From positions 1-44,950 of the forward strand of contig JBGAIN010000055.1 in assembly GCA_044225505.1 (NCBI GenBank): DNA of 44,950 nt, in the 5' to 3' direction. Both the position numbers and the translations under genes were made by a program. This document shows positions 10,142 to 20,400 of the stretch, piece after piece. This DNA comes from Limisphaerales bacterium. GTDB lineage: Bacteria; Verrucomicrobiota; Verrucomicrobiia; Limisphaerales; SIBE01. The first letter of the stretch is position 1; every line of letters begins with the position of its first letter. Below the pieces are notes generated by a model. It did no database searches, was not told the DNA's origin, and was given only the letters and a program-made list of their open reading frames with translations.

Positions 10142-10334
10142 TGAGACTTGCTGGATGATCAGAGAATAGTGGCGGGATTCGCTCAGAAATCTCGCCAGGA
10201 TAGAAGGTGGGATGGAAGTCTCACCAGTACATACGTGAGCCGCGTCATGAAGTGTTCACTGGAAGTGCAGTGGTCGCATTAGGAACTCATCGACGCGGAC
10301 TGCCGCCGCGCCCGATTGGGTGCGGCGCTTTTGT
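10142..10334 (+). ncRNA. Candidate structured non-coding RNA or leader (unassigned family)
   Basis: Four consecutive helices, three with plus-strand G.U pairs, one with a GGAA tetraloop; ends in a terminator-like hairpin; no credible ORF. Confidence 0.35.
10304..10334 (+). terminator. Putative intrinsic terminator
   Basis: CGCCGCGCCC-GATT-GGGTGCGGCG (10-bp stem with one G.U) followed by CTTTTGT. Confidence 0.55.
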
Positions 10335-10658
10335 CTCACAGCGTCTTGGAATCGGCGGCCACCTTCTGCCAGTCGTCGGAGCAACGCATCCTGGCCAAAG
10401 CCACGGAGGGTCCACGCTCCCTGCCAAACGCGGACATTCGAGCCGTTCCACACTCTCCGGAGCCTGACAGTTGCTGACAGGAGAGGTGCGGCAAAATCAT
10501 CGACGGTCAGTTACGGCTTTCACCGGTGGGAAGAATGCTCAGCCCCCCCCACTGGATGCTACCGATTGGCGAAGACTTCGCTATCAGTATTGGGAAGAGT
10601 TCATTGACCCTGTCTCTATAACAGTTGCGGGCGGGTGGGAAGTGCGGTAGATGTGCTC

Positions 10659-13280
10659 ATGCTTTTCCGGGCCCGCACTCCGTCAGGCAATCGCTGCCAA
10701 GGGCTTATCGTTTTCTGGAGTCTCATCGCTCTGACGGTTTTTCCGTCCCTCATGGCAGAGGCTGCCGATGTCGACCAGGGACAAAAGCTCTATTTGGACG
10801 GAAAGTACGAAGAGGCACTGAAATTGGCCCAGGAGGGCTTGCAGGAGCGTGGGAGGGCGGAAGATTGGTCCCTTCTGCAGAGCCGTTGCCTGATGACTTT
10901 GGGCCGTTACGCCGAAGCTCAAACGGCCATCTCGAACGCCCTGAGTAAGAGCAGTTCGGGCCTGCGAGTGAGGTTGATGGCACGGGACGTTTACCTACAA
11001 AACGGCCAGGTCGCTGCCGCAAATAACGTTCTCAAGGAGATGGACGATCTCGTGCGGACCCGGACGTGGGCCTATCGAGATTCGGCAAGCAAGATCGCCG
11101 TGGGCCAGGTCGCCCTGCTTTTGGGAACCGATGCCAGGCGGGTCTTAGACCTTGTCTATAATGTGGTGAAGAAAGCCGATCCCGGATTTCGCGAGACGTA
11201 TCTTGCGGCCGGGCAATTAGCCCTCGATAAGTATGACAACGAATTGGCCGCGAAGACTTTTGAGGAAGGCCTAAAGATATTCCCTGATGACCCCGAGATT
11301 CTCTACGGTCTGGCGAAGTCGTATTCTAACGGGGATCGATCCGCGATGTTGCCGCTCCTGGAGAAAGCCCTGGAACGAAATGAACGGCACATCCCCACCC
11401 TGCTCTTGCTCGCGGACCACTTGATTGATGCCGAAGATTATAAGAAGGCGGAGGAACTGCTGACCAAGGTTCTTGCCGTCAACAACCAACACCCTGAAGC
11501 GTGGGCCTATCGCGCGGTGCTGGCGCACTTGCGGTATCAAGCGGCGGATGAAGCGAAAGCCCGGGAGAACGCCCTCCGGTCGTGGAGCACCAATCCGAGA
11601 GTGGATTATCTGATTGGGTTGAAACTTTCGCAGAAGTACCGGTTTACTGAAGGCTCGAGTTACCAGCGGCGCGCGTTGCGGTCGGACGAGAATTACCTCC
11701 CCGCGAAAAGTCAGCTCGCCCAGGACCTCCTGCGCCTCGGAGAGGAAGGGGAAGGTTGGACCCTCGCGGAGGACGTTTACAAGCAGGACGGCTACGACGT
11801 CGTAGCGTTCAATTTAGTGACGCTGCATGACACCGTGGCCAAGTTCCAAATCTTGACGAATGAAGATTTCCGCGTGCGGATGCACCCGCAAGAAGCGGCC
11901 ATTTACGGACGGCGTGTGACCGACCTGCTGGATCGCGCTAAGAAAGTGCTCTGCAACAAATACGGCGTGACCTTGGAGAAACAAACGTCGGTGGAGATAT
12001 TCCCTGAGCAAAAGGATTTTGCGGTGCGCACGTTTGGTATGCCAGGGGGCGAAGGTTTTCTGGGAGTCTGTTTCGGATCGGTTATTACGGCCAACAGTCC
12101 CGCCTCCCATGCGGCCAGCCTGATCAACTGGCAGTCCGTCCTCTGGCACGAGTTCTGTCACGTCGTGACCTTGTCGATGACGAAGAACAAAATGCCGCGC
12201 TGGTTAAGCGAAGGCATTTCCGTTTACGAAGAGCGGCTGGCGAATCCGGCCTGGGGTGAGCAGCTCACGCCGCGCTATCGGGCCATGATTTTGAAAGGTG
12301 AACTGACTCCGGTAGGGTCTTTAAGTTCGGCATTTCTCACTCCGAAAACGCCCATGCACCTGCAGTTTGCCTATTATGAATCGTCCCTCGTGGTGGAGTA
12401 TCTCGTGGATCACTTCGGGTTGGGCGCCCTCCGCAAAATCTTGGCCGATCTCGGAACCGGCAAATCGATCAACCAAGCGATCGAAGAGCATGCCGCGCCT
12501 CTCTCCAAGCTCGAAAAAGAGTTTGCCGACTTTGCCCGAGAACGCGCAGAACAGCTGGCGCCTGGGTTGGATTGGTCGGAGCCCAAACCGGAAGAACTAA
12601 GCGGTGGCGAAGAAGACTGGATCGCCAAACACCCAAAGAGCTTGTGGGGGCTGACCACCCAGGCCAAAAAGCTCCTCTCGGAAAAGAAGTGGGAAGAAGC
12701 CAAGGTCCCGATCCAGAAACTGATTGAATTGTATCCGCAAAATGAGGGTGCCGAGAATCCTTACCTATTGATGGCTGCGGCCCACCGCGGGCTCAACGAG
12801 ACGGAGCAGGAACGAATAGCACTCGGCCGTCTGGCGCGGATTGAATCGAACGCTGTGGGCGCTTACTTGAGACTCATGGAACTGGATACAACGGCTCAAG
12901 ATTGGACCGCGGCCGCGCGGAACGCCCAACGTTTTTTGGCGGTTAATCCCCTCGTGCCCCAGCCTTATCGTTGTCTGGCCAAAGCTTCGCAAGAGCTCGG
13001 ACACGATGTTGAAGCTGTGCAATCGTACGAGACGCTGTTATTGTTAAATCCACCAGACCCAGCCGATGTTCATTATCGCCTGGCCCTGCTTCATAAAAAA
13101 GCAGGCAATCCAGCCGCTAAGCGGCAAGTGCTGCAAGCCCTGGAAGAGGCACCGCGATTTCGCGATGCGCACCGACTGCTGCTGGAATTGACAGCTCCGA
13201 AACCCGATGCGGAGAGCCCAGAAAAATCGGCCGTGAACGAAAATACGACTCAAGTCAAACCAGGACCCGACGCAAACTAA
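10659..13280 (+). CDS. Exported TPR-repeat protein with central peptidase MA-like (gluzincin) domain
   Basis: Hydrophobic signal ending near AEA; many TPR-like helices; HEFCH (HExxH) plus PRWLSEG third-ligand motif and FAYYES. Alternative GTG start at 10635. Confidence 0.85.
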   Translation: MLFRARTPSGNRCQGLIVFWSLIALTVFPSLMAEAADVDQGQKLYLDGKYEEALKLAQEGLQERGRAEDWSLLQSRCLMTLGRYAEAQTAISNALSKSSSGLRVRLMARDVYLQNGQVAAANNVLKEMDDLVRTRTWAYRDSASKIAVGQVALLLGTDARRVLDLVYNVVKKADPGFRETYLAAGQLALDKYDNELAAKTFEEGLKIFPDDPEILYGLAKSYSNGDRSAMLPLLEKALERNERHIPTLLLLADHLIDAEDYKKAEELLTKVLAVNNQHPEAWAYRAVLAHLRYQAADEAKARENALRSWSTNPRVDYLIGLKLSQKYRFTEGSSYQRRALRSDENYLPAKSQLAQDLLRLGEEGEGWTLAEDVYKQDGYDVVAFNLVTLHDTVAKFQILTNEDFRVRMHPQEAAIYGRRVTDLLDRAKKVLCNKYGVTLEKQTSVEIFPEQKDFAVRTFGMPGGEGFLGVCFGSVITANSPASHAASLINWQSVLWHEFCHVVTLSMTKNKMPRWLSEGISVYEERLANPAWGEQLTPRYRAMILKGELTPVGSLSSAFLTPKTPMHLQFAYYESSLVVEYLVDHFGLGALRKILADLGTGKSINQAIEEHAAPLSKLEKEFADFARERAEQLAPGLDWSEPKPEELSGGEEDWIAKHPKSLWGLTTQAKKLLSEKKWEEAKVPIQKLIELYPQNEGAENPYLLMAAAHRGLNETEQERIALGRLARIESNAVGAYLRLMELDTTAQDWTAAARNAQRFLAVNPLVPQPYRCLAKASQELGHDVEAVQSYETLLLLNPPDPADVHYRLALLHKKAGNPAAKRQVLQALEEAPRFRDAHRLLLELTAPKPDAESPEKSAVNENTTQVKPGPDAN

Positions 13281-14314
13281 TGGAAAATCCCGCATCTCGA
13301 TCCGAGCAGGAGATTGTCGAACTGCTGCATTCCGGGCGCATCCGCATCGATTCCGAACTGTCGAAGGTCATTGTGGGCCAACGCAACGTGATTGAGGAGC
13401 TCCTGATCGCGTTGTTCTCCGGCGGCCATTGCCTGATCACCGGAGCTCCGGGCTTGGCCAAGACGCTGTTGGTGAAGTCGATCGCACAGATATTTCATCT
13501 GCAGTTTCGCCGCATCCAGTTTACCCCTGACCTGATGCCTGCAGACATCACAGGGACAGAAATCCTTCAGGAGTCGGCCGAAGGTCGCCGGATGGTTTTT
13601 GCGCAGGGGCCGATCTTCGCCAACATGATCTTGGCTGATGAAATCAACCGCACCCCCCCGAAGACGCAAGCGGCCTTGCTGGAAGCCATGCAAGAGCATC
13701 AAGTGACAGCGGCAGGCGTTCGACATACGCTTCCAGAGCCTTTCTTCGTCCTCGCGACCCAGAACCCCATTGAGATGGAAGGGACCTACCCACTGCCCGA
13801 AGCACAGTTGGACCGGTTCATGTTCAATGTCGTGGTCGATTACCTGCCGGAAGACGACGAGGTGAAAGTGGTGACGCAAACCACAGCGGTTCGGTCTCAA
13901 CCGATCGAAGCATTGTTCACTGGCGACGATGTGCTGCGGTTTCACGAAATCATCCGCAAGGTGCCCATCGCGGAAGACATTGTTCGGTATGCAGTCCGCC
14001 TGGCTGCCGCGTCCCGCCCACATCAAGCCGAGACGCCCGACTTCGTGAATGAGTGGGTCAATTGGGGGGCTGGGTTGCGTGCCGGCCAGAATCTTGTCCT
14101 CGGCGCGAAGGCCAGGGCTTTGCTTCAGAATCGGTCACACGTTTCGGTTGAAGATATTCAAACGCTCGCCTATCCCACGTTGCGTCACCGCGTGCTCATC
14201 AACTATCGCGCGGAAGCCGAAGGAATAAAAGTGGAGGACGTGATCAAGCGTCTGCTCGAAACAGTGAAATTTGGAGCCCCAGCGGCCAAGAAGCGGGAAC
14301 CGGCCCGCCACTGA
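13280..14314 (+). CDS. moxR: MoxR family AAA+ ATPase
   Basis: Walker A GAPGLAKT, RIQFTPDLMPADITG, Walker B LADEINR, ATQNPIEMEGTYPLPEAQLDRF; TAATG overlap with the upstream gene. Confidence 0.96.
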   Translation: MENPASRSEQEIVELLHSGRIRIDSELSKVIVGQRNVIEELLIALFSGGHCLITGAPGLAKTLLVKSIAQIFHLQFRRIQFTPDLMPADITGTEILQESAEGRRMVFAQGPIFANMILADEINRTPPKTQAALLEAMQEHQVTAAGVRHTLPEPFFVLATQNPIEMEGTYPLPEAQLDRFMFNVVVDYLPEDDEVKVVTQTTAVRSQPIEALFTGDDVLRFHEIIRKVPIAEDIVRYAVRLAAASRPHQAETPDFVNEWVNWGAGLRAGQNLVLGAKARALLQNRSHVSVEDIQTLAYPTLRHRVLINYRAEAEGIKVEDVIKRLLETVKFGAPAAKKREPARH

Positions 14315-14315
14315 C

Positions 14316-15299
14316 ATGCCTGGCCCACTCGCTCAAGGACCCGATAACGCCCGAGGCCAGGCTGCGGGCGGACGTTGGATTCATCCGCAAGCCCTCATGT
14401 CGATCAAGAACCTCGAGATGCGGGCGCGAGTGGTGGTGGAAGGCTTTTGGAATGGGATCCATCGCAGTCCCTACCATGGCTTTTCTGTCGAGTTCACGGA
14501 GTACCGCCAATATAGCTCTGGAGATGACCCACGCTACTTGGACTGGCGCCTCTACGCTCGGAGCGACCGGTATTACATCAAGAAGTTTGAGGACGAGACA
14601 AATCTACGTTGTCATTTCCTGGTCGATAACAGCCGCTCGATGGGTTACGGAACCCCTGGATATACCAAGGCTCAATATGCGAATACGCTCGCCGCAACCT
14701 TGGCCTATTTTCTCTATTTGCAGGGAGACGCCGTCGGCCTGCTCACCTTTGACGAGAATATTAGGGATTACCTGCCAGCGCGCCATCGGACCGGGCATCT
14801 CCGCCACTTGATGCTCGCTTTGGAACGCCCGTCGTCCGGTTCGACCACAGACCTTGGCGCGCCCTTGAAACGCATCGCTGAGCTTGTCACCAAACGAGGT
14901 GTGATCGTTCTGATCTCGGATTTACTCGCGTCGATTGAAGCTTTGGAAAAGAACCTGACGGTTCTGACCGCGTCCCGCCACGATGTGTTGTTGTTTCATC
15001 TTCTGGATCCCGCCGAGCTCAATTTCACGTTCAATAACCTCAACAGCGCCGCCCAGTTTCAAGATATGGAAACGGGCCGGGATTTGTATATTGAACCGGC
15101 CTTGGCACGAGCGGAGTACCGTCGCAAGCTCGATAAACACATCGCGAGAGCAAAGGCGACCTGCCAGAAATTGGGGGTGGGTTATCATCATTTTGGAACG
15201 GACCGGCCGTTGGAGCTTGCCCTTTCTGATTTCCTGCGGTCGCGAATGCAGCGGGGTCGAGTAGGCAGGCGCTTGGGAGCCGTGCGCCAGAAAACATGA
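14316..15299 (+). CDS. DUF58 domain (vWA-like) protein
   Basis: GIHRSPYHGFSVEFTEYRQY..GDD.RYLDWR..ARSDRYYIKKFEDET, DNSRSM and ISD motifs. Confidence 0.92.
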   Translation: MPGPLAQGPDNARGQAAGGRWIHPQALMSIKNLEMRARVVVEGFWNGIHRSPYHGFSVEFTEYRQYSSGDDPRYLDWRLYARSDRYYIKKFEDETNLRCHFLVDNSRSMGYGTPGYTKAQYANTLAATLAYFLYLQGDAVGLLTFDENIRDYLPARHRTGHLRHLMLALERPSSGSTTDLGAPLKRIAELVTKRGVIVLISDLLASIEALEKNLTVLTASRHDVLLFHLLDPAELNFTFNNLNSAAQFQDMETGRDLYIEPALARAEYRRKLDKHIARAKATCQKLGVGYHHFGTDRPLELALSDFLRSRMQRGRVGRRLGAVRQKT

Positions 15300-17383
15300 G
15301 TTTTCTCGCTCCATTGTTTCTGCTCGGCGCAGCCACCGTGGCGCTGCCGGTCATTTTCCATCTGATTCGACGAAGCTCGCGGGAAAAGATTCCGTTCAGC
15401 TCTCTCATGTTTCTGATGCCGACACCGCCGCGGGTAACCCGGCGGAGCCGATTGGAGAACATTCTCTTGCTGATTCTCCGGTGTTTGGCCGTTTGTCTAC
15501 TGGCCTTCGCCTTCTCTCGCCCGTTCTTCTCCAGACCCATCGCGCCGGAGTTGGGAGGGCAAACCGGGCAGAAAGTTCTCGTGCTTCTGGATATCAGCGC
15601 CAGCATGCGTCGAGGCGCTCTCTGGACCGAGGCCAAAGCGAAGGCGAGCTCGATCTTCCGCAATGCGGCTCGCGGGGATCAAATCGGGTGCCTCACGTTT
15701 GACCGGACGGTGAAGACGGTTTTTGGGTTCGAGCAGTGGAGCGGCATGCCCGAGAGCGATCGGGGAAATCTGGCGGCGGCGAGATTGGACGGGATCAACC
15801 CGGGCTGGGGTTCCACGCGTTTGGGCACAGCGTTGACAACGGCATGCGAACTGTTCGAAGGATCCGCGAAAGATGAACAGGCTGGAAAGCGTATCGTTTT
15901 GATTACCGACCTCCAGGAAGGAAGTCGTCTGGAAGGACTGCAGGGATTTGAGTGGCCGCGCGGAGTGACGGTAACGATCGAAGTGCTGAAATCTCCCCAA
16001 ACCTCCAATGCCGGACTGCAGCTCGTCAACGAGCGGGAGGAAACCACAACTCCAGACCAGGATGCTCCCATTCGCGCTCGAGTGAGCAACTCCTCGGACT
16101 CCAAACGAGAGCAGTACCAACTTGGATGGCGTCGTCATGCCTCTCCGGATTTCGTGGGCCCGACAATCGATGTTTACGTGCCGCCGGGGCAGAATCGAGT
16201 CGTGCAGATCGCCCGGCCCAAGACGGATCCAGACGTCGATTGCCTGACCGTGATGGGCGACGATTCAGACTTCGACAACACCATCTACGTCATGCCTCCA
16301 CAGGCTGAAAAAACACGGATTCTCTTCCTGGGCGCCGACCAGGGAACCAACGCTGCGCAATGTCTCTTCTATCTTCGACGGGCCTTTCAACAAACTCGTA
16401 GCTTGAAGGTGGAAGTGGAAGCTCGAACGCCAAACGACGCTCTGGACGCCGCGACGCTGGATGGGGCGAGCTTGATCGTTATGGGAGACGCGTTGCCCGA
16501 ATCGCAGATTGGGAGTCTGCAAAAGGCCGTGACCCGCGGAAGTTGCCTGCTCGTGCCGGTTAGCCAACTTGGGATTGTGCCTGGGCTGGGTCGGCTGTTA
16601 GGGCAAGAAACGCTGGCGGCGAGCGAAGCTCCTGGCGGCAGCTACGCCATGCTGGCACAGATCGACTTTACCCATCCACTCTTTGCGACCTTCGCGGACA
16701 GCCGGTATAGCGACTTCACCAAGATCCATTTCTGGCGCCATCGTCGAATCGGGTTGCAGGCGGTGCCCAAAGTCCGGGTTTTGGCCCGCTTTGATGGCGG
16801 GGACATCGCCGTAGCCGAAGTCCCTGTGGGCCAGGGCAAAGTCTGGATCTGGGCGGCCGGATGGCAACCGGACGATAGTCAGCTGGCGCTCTCGTCGAAA
16901 TTTGTCCCGCTGCTCTACGCCATGCTCGAACAAAGCGGTGGCATTAAAGAACAACGTTCCGCGTATACCGTCGGGGACACCGTAAGCTTGCCGATCAGCG
17001 CGGATTCTGTAACCGTGCGCGAGCCAGACGCGTCAGAAGTACGGGTGACTGGCGATCGCTTTACGGGCACGGACCAGCCAGGAGTCTACTCGCTGACGAA
17101 CGGAGTGGCGCCATTTCGTTTCGCAGTGAACCTCGCGCCCGAGGAAAGTAGGACTGGGCCGTTGCCTGTGGAAGAGCTGGAACGTGCCGGGGTGCCCACC
17201 GCAAAACCAGTTCCGGGCAACCCTCGAGAGATTCAAAAGCGGCGTGAGCATCTCCAGGCCACTGAGTTAGAGAATCGACAGAAGCTATGGCGCTGGTTGA
17301 TTGTAAGTGCGTTGGTGGTATTGGTGATGGAGACTTGGATCGCCGGACGTCTGACCCGTCGGGCAGTGCCCGTGGCCCAGTAG
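15296..17383 (+). CDS. BatA-type N-terminal double-TM, vWA domain membrane protein
   Basis: MSFLAP.FL.G....LPVIFHL..FSSLMFL..LLLILRCL..AFSRP; MIDAS DISAS..T..TD; C-terminal AVN...ES and W..L...E TM; ATGA overlap. Confidence 0.88.
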   Translation: MSFLAPLFLLGAATVALPVIFHLIRRSSREKIPFSSLMFLMPTPPRVTRRSRLENILLLILRCLAVCLLAFAFSRPFFSRPIAPELGGQTGQKVLVLLDISASMRRGALWTEAKAKASSIFRNAARGDQIGCLTFDRTVKTVFGFEQWSGMPESDRGNLAAARLDGINPGWGSTRLGTALTTACELFEGSAKDEQAGKRIVLITDLQEGSRLEGLQGFEWPRGVTVTIEVLKSPQTSNAGLQLVNEREETTTPDQDAPIRARVSNSSDSKREQYQLGWRRHASPDFVGPTIDVYVPPGQNRVVQIARPKTDPDVDCLTVMGDDSDFDNTIYVMPPQAEKTRILFLGADQGTNAAQCLFYLRRAFQQTRSLKVEVEARTPNDALDAATLDGASLIVMGDALPESQIGSLQKAVTRGSCLLVPVSQLGIVPGLGRLLGQETLAASEAPGGSYAMLAQIDFTHPLFATFADSRYSDFTKIHFWRHRRIGLQAVPKVRVLARFDGGDIAVAEVPVGQGKVWIWAAGWQPDDSQLALSSKFVPLLYAMLEQSGGIKEQRSAYTVGDTVSLPISADSVTVREPDASEVRVTGDRFTGTDQPGVYSLTNGVAPFRFAVNLAPEESRTGPLPVEELERAGVPTAKPVPGNPREIQKRREHLQATELENRQKLWRWLIVSALVVLVMETWIAGRLTRRAVPVAQ

Positions 17384-17417
17384 GACGACGTTCCACCTTC
17401 ATCTGGGAGACAAGTGC

Positions 17418-20400
17418 ATGATTGAGCCATTCCTAAAAGCGCGATTAGAACCCTTGGCCAGGCGTCGGCGCCGTTGGAACATGGCCCGTGCACTGGCGGT
17501 TTGTTGGGGCAGCGGTGCCCTGGTTGCCCTTGGCTTCGTGCTTCTATTTCGCTCGACCGGCTGGCAATCCGCCTGGGTGTTGCCTGCCATCTGCCTCGGG
17601 ACTCTAGGAGCCATCGGAGCAGCGTGGCTTCGCCAACGCCGCGCCGAACCCGACTATCGAGAACTCGCCCGCCAGGTCGAACAGCGGAACCCTGACCTGC
17701 ACGCCTTGTTACTCACGGCCGTGGAGCAAAAACCGGATTCTCAAACAGGAAAATTCAACTTTCTGCAAGAGCGACTCCTGCGCGAAGCGGTGGACAAAAG
17801 TGTCGAGGGCGACTGGCTGCACACCATCACGTCGGCGCAGATGGGACGAGCTCAGGCCGTGCAGTGGGGAGGGCTGTTTTTGTTTCTGGCCGCTCTGGCA
17901 AGCTTGCGCGCTCCCAAAGAAGCCATCGTGGCGACGGCCGCAGAGACCAAAGTCAACGTCAGTCCAGGTAATACGGTGATCGAGCGGGGCACAGGGCTCG
18001 CAATCCTGGCTCGATTCGAAGGCGCGCTCCCCGCCCAGGTCACCTTGGTGGTCCGTCCTGACGGGCAGCCCGAACGGCAGGTCCCCCTGGTCAAAAGCCT
18101 GAACGACCCGTTGTTCGGCGGCACGATCCCGGAAATCACGAATGCTCTGAGTTATCGCGTGGATTACGGAACCGCGCGAAGCGCCGATTTTACGGTCAAG
18201 GTTTTCGAGTACCCTCGCTTGGAACGAGCCGATGCGCATGTGACCTTTCCCAGCTACACCGGCCTGCCCGAGAAACGAGTCGAGGACACCCGCCGCGTGA
18301 GCGCGGTCGAAGGCTCAAGCCTCGATTTGGCGCTTCAGCTCAATAAACCCGTTGCCGAAGCTCGCTTGGTGGCCAAGGACAAATCGGTCATCCCGCTCGG
18401 CGCCGATACCAATCGGGCCAACGCTTCTCTCAATCACCTTACGCTGACCAACAGTCAGATTTACGATCTCGTCCTGGTCGACGCCGAAGGCCGCACCAAT
18501 AAAGTCCCAACACAAATTGTGGTCGAGGTTGTGACCAATCGCATTCCCGAGCTCAAGTTTAATTTCCCGCGAGGCGATCAACGCGTTTCGCCGCTACAAG
18601 AAGTCACGTTCCAAGGTGAAGTGTGGGACGATTTCGGCATCCAGGATCACGGAATCACTTACAGTTTAGCGGGAGGCAAGCCGCAAACCATTTCGTTTGG
18701 GACCGTTCCAATCCCTCGGGAGAAACGTCAGTTCACTCACCTTCTTAGCCTGGAGAATTTGTCGGCCCAACCAGATCAACTCCTCTCCTACTTTATTTGG
18801 GCCGATGATCTGGGCCCGGATGGAAAAGTTCGGCGAAGCGCAAGCGATATGTATTATGCCGAGGTGCGCCCGTTTGAGGAATTGTTCCGCGAGGGACAAG
18901 CGCCCCCTGCGGGAGAGGGCGAGCAAGGAAGCCAGAACAACGAAATGCTCAAGCTGGCAGAGCTGCAAAAGCAGATTATCAATGCAACCTGGAAACTGCA
19001 GCGCCAAGCCAACGTCGGACTAAACGCGGATGCGGGCGCTGACAAAACCCCCGTTCGCCGCGCAGCCGCCCCGGCACACGAAAAGGATATCAAAGTCGTC
19101 GAACAGTCGCAGGAAGAAGCATTAAAACAGGCGTCTGAAAAGAAGGAAGAAAGTCAGAACGCTCGAACCAAGGCACTCTGGGACACGGTGGAAAAACAAA
19201 TGGAGAATGCGGCGGAGCATCTCGGCAAAGCTTCCCAGGATCTCGATGCCCTCCCCCTGGCTGTGGCTTCCGAACAGGCCGCATACCAAGCGCTGTTGAA
19301 GCTCGCGTCTCGCGAGAAACAAGTCGTCCAAGGACGTCGCAATCAAGGCGCGAGTGGTGGACAGAATCAACAGGAGTTAGACCAACTGGATCTGAAACAG
19401 GCCGAGAACAAATACGAGAATCAAAAACAGGCAGCAGCGAACAAGCAGAACCCTGAGCAACGCGAGCAAAACCAGATTCTGAGCCGGCTGAAAGAATTGA
19501 GCCAGCGCCAACAAGATCTCAACGAGCGGCTCAAAGAGCTGCAAAACGCTTTGCAGGAGGCCAAGACCGACCAGGAACGTGACGAAATCCGCCGCCGACT
19601 AAAACGATTGCGAGAGGAAGAGCAGCAAATGCTCGCAGACACCGACGAGTTGCTCCAACGGATGGATCGCCCCGAAAACCAGGCACAGATGGCCAACGCT
19701 CGACAACAACTGGAGAACACTCGCAACCAAATTCAACGAGCGTCGGAGATGATTGAGAAAGAAGCTGTCGGACAAGCCTTATCCTCTGGCACCCGTGCCC
19801 AGCGCGAACTGCAAGACTTGCGTGAGGATCTGAGAAAGAAAAATTCGGCGCAGTTTGCGGAAGAGATGCGGCAAATGAGGACGGATGCCCGCGACCTGGC
19901 GCAAAAGGAAGACCAGATCAGTGACAAACTGAAGGCTCTCGCGGCGAACAAACCAAAGACGTTAAGCGATTCGCCAGAGACCACGCAACTGCAGCAGCAA
20001 TTGGGCGCCCAGACCGAAAAGATGACCAATTTGCTTGATAACATTACCCGCGTCAGTCAGGAAGCCGAAGCATCAGAACCGCTCTTGGCCAAGCAGCTCT
20101 ACGATACCTTACGCAAGGCAAGTCAGGGCAATGCCGATCAGTCCCTCCAACGCGCGCGCGAACTGTTAAAACTTAACTTCCCGGATGAAGCCGGACAGTT
20201 TGAACAACGAGCACGCAAAGAAATCGTGGATGTGAAACAGGGCGTTGAGCGCGCGGCTGAAAGTGTGCTCGGCGACGAGACCGAAGCCCTGCGATTGGCT
20301 CGCCGGGAATTGGATGAATTGTCACGACAATTGGAAAAGGAATTGGCCAAAGGAGACCCAGGTTCTAACAAGCCTCAATCAGAGGCGGGCAACGCCCAGG

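Noticed and set aside
9556..10630. RNase P RNA, tmRNA, SRP RNA or hammerhead ribozyme in the long spacer
   Set aside because: Diagnostic motifs (GAGGAAAGTCC, tRNA-like ends, the SRP GGAAG-AGCAG loop, CTGATGA..GAAA) were not found on either strand.
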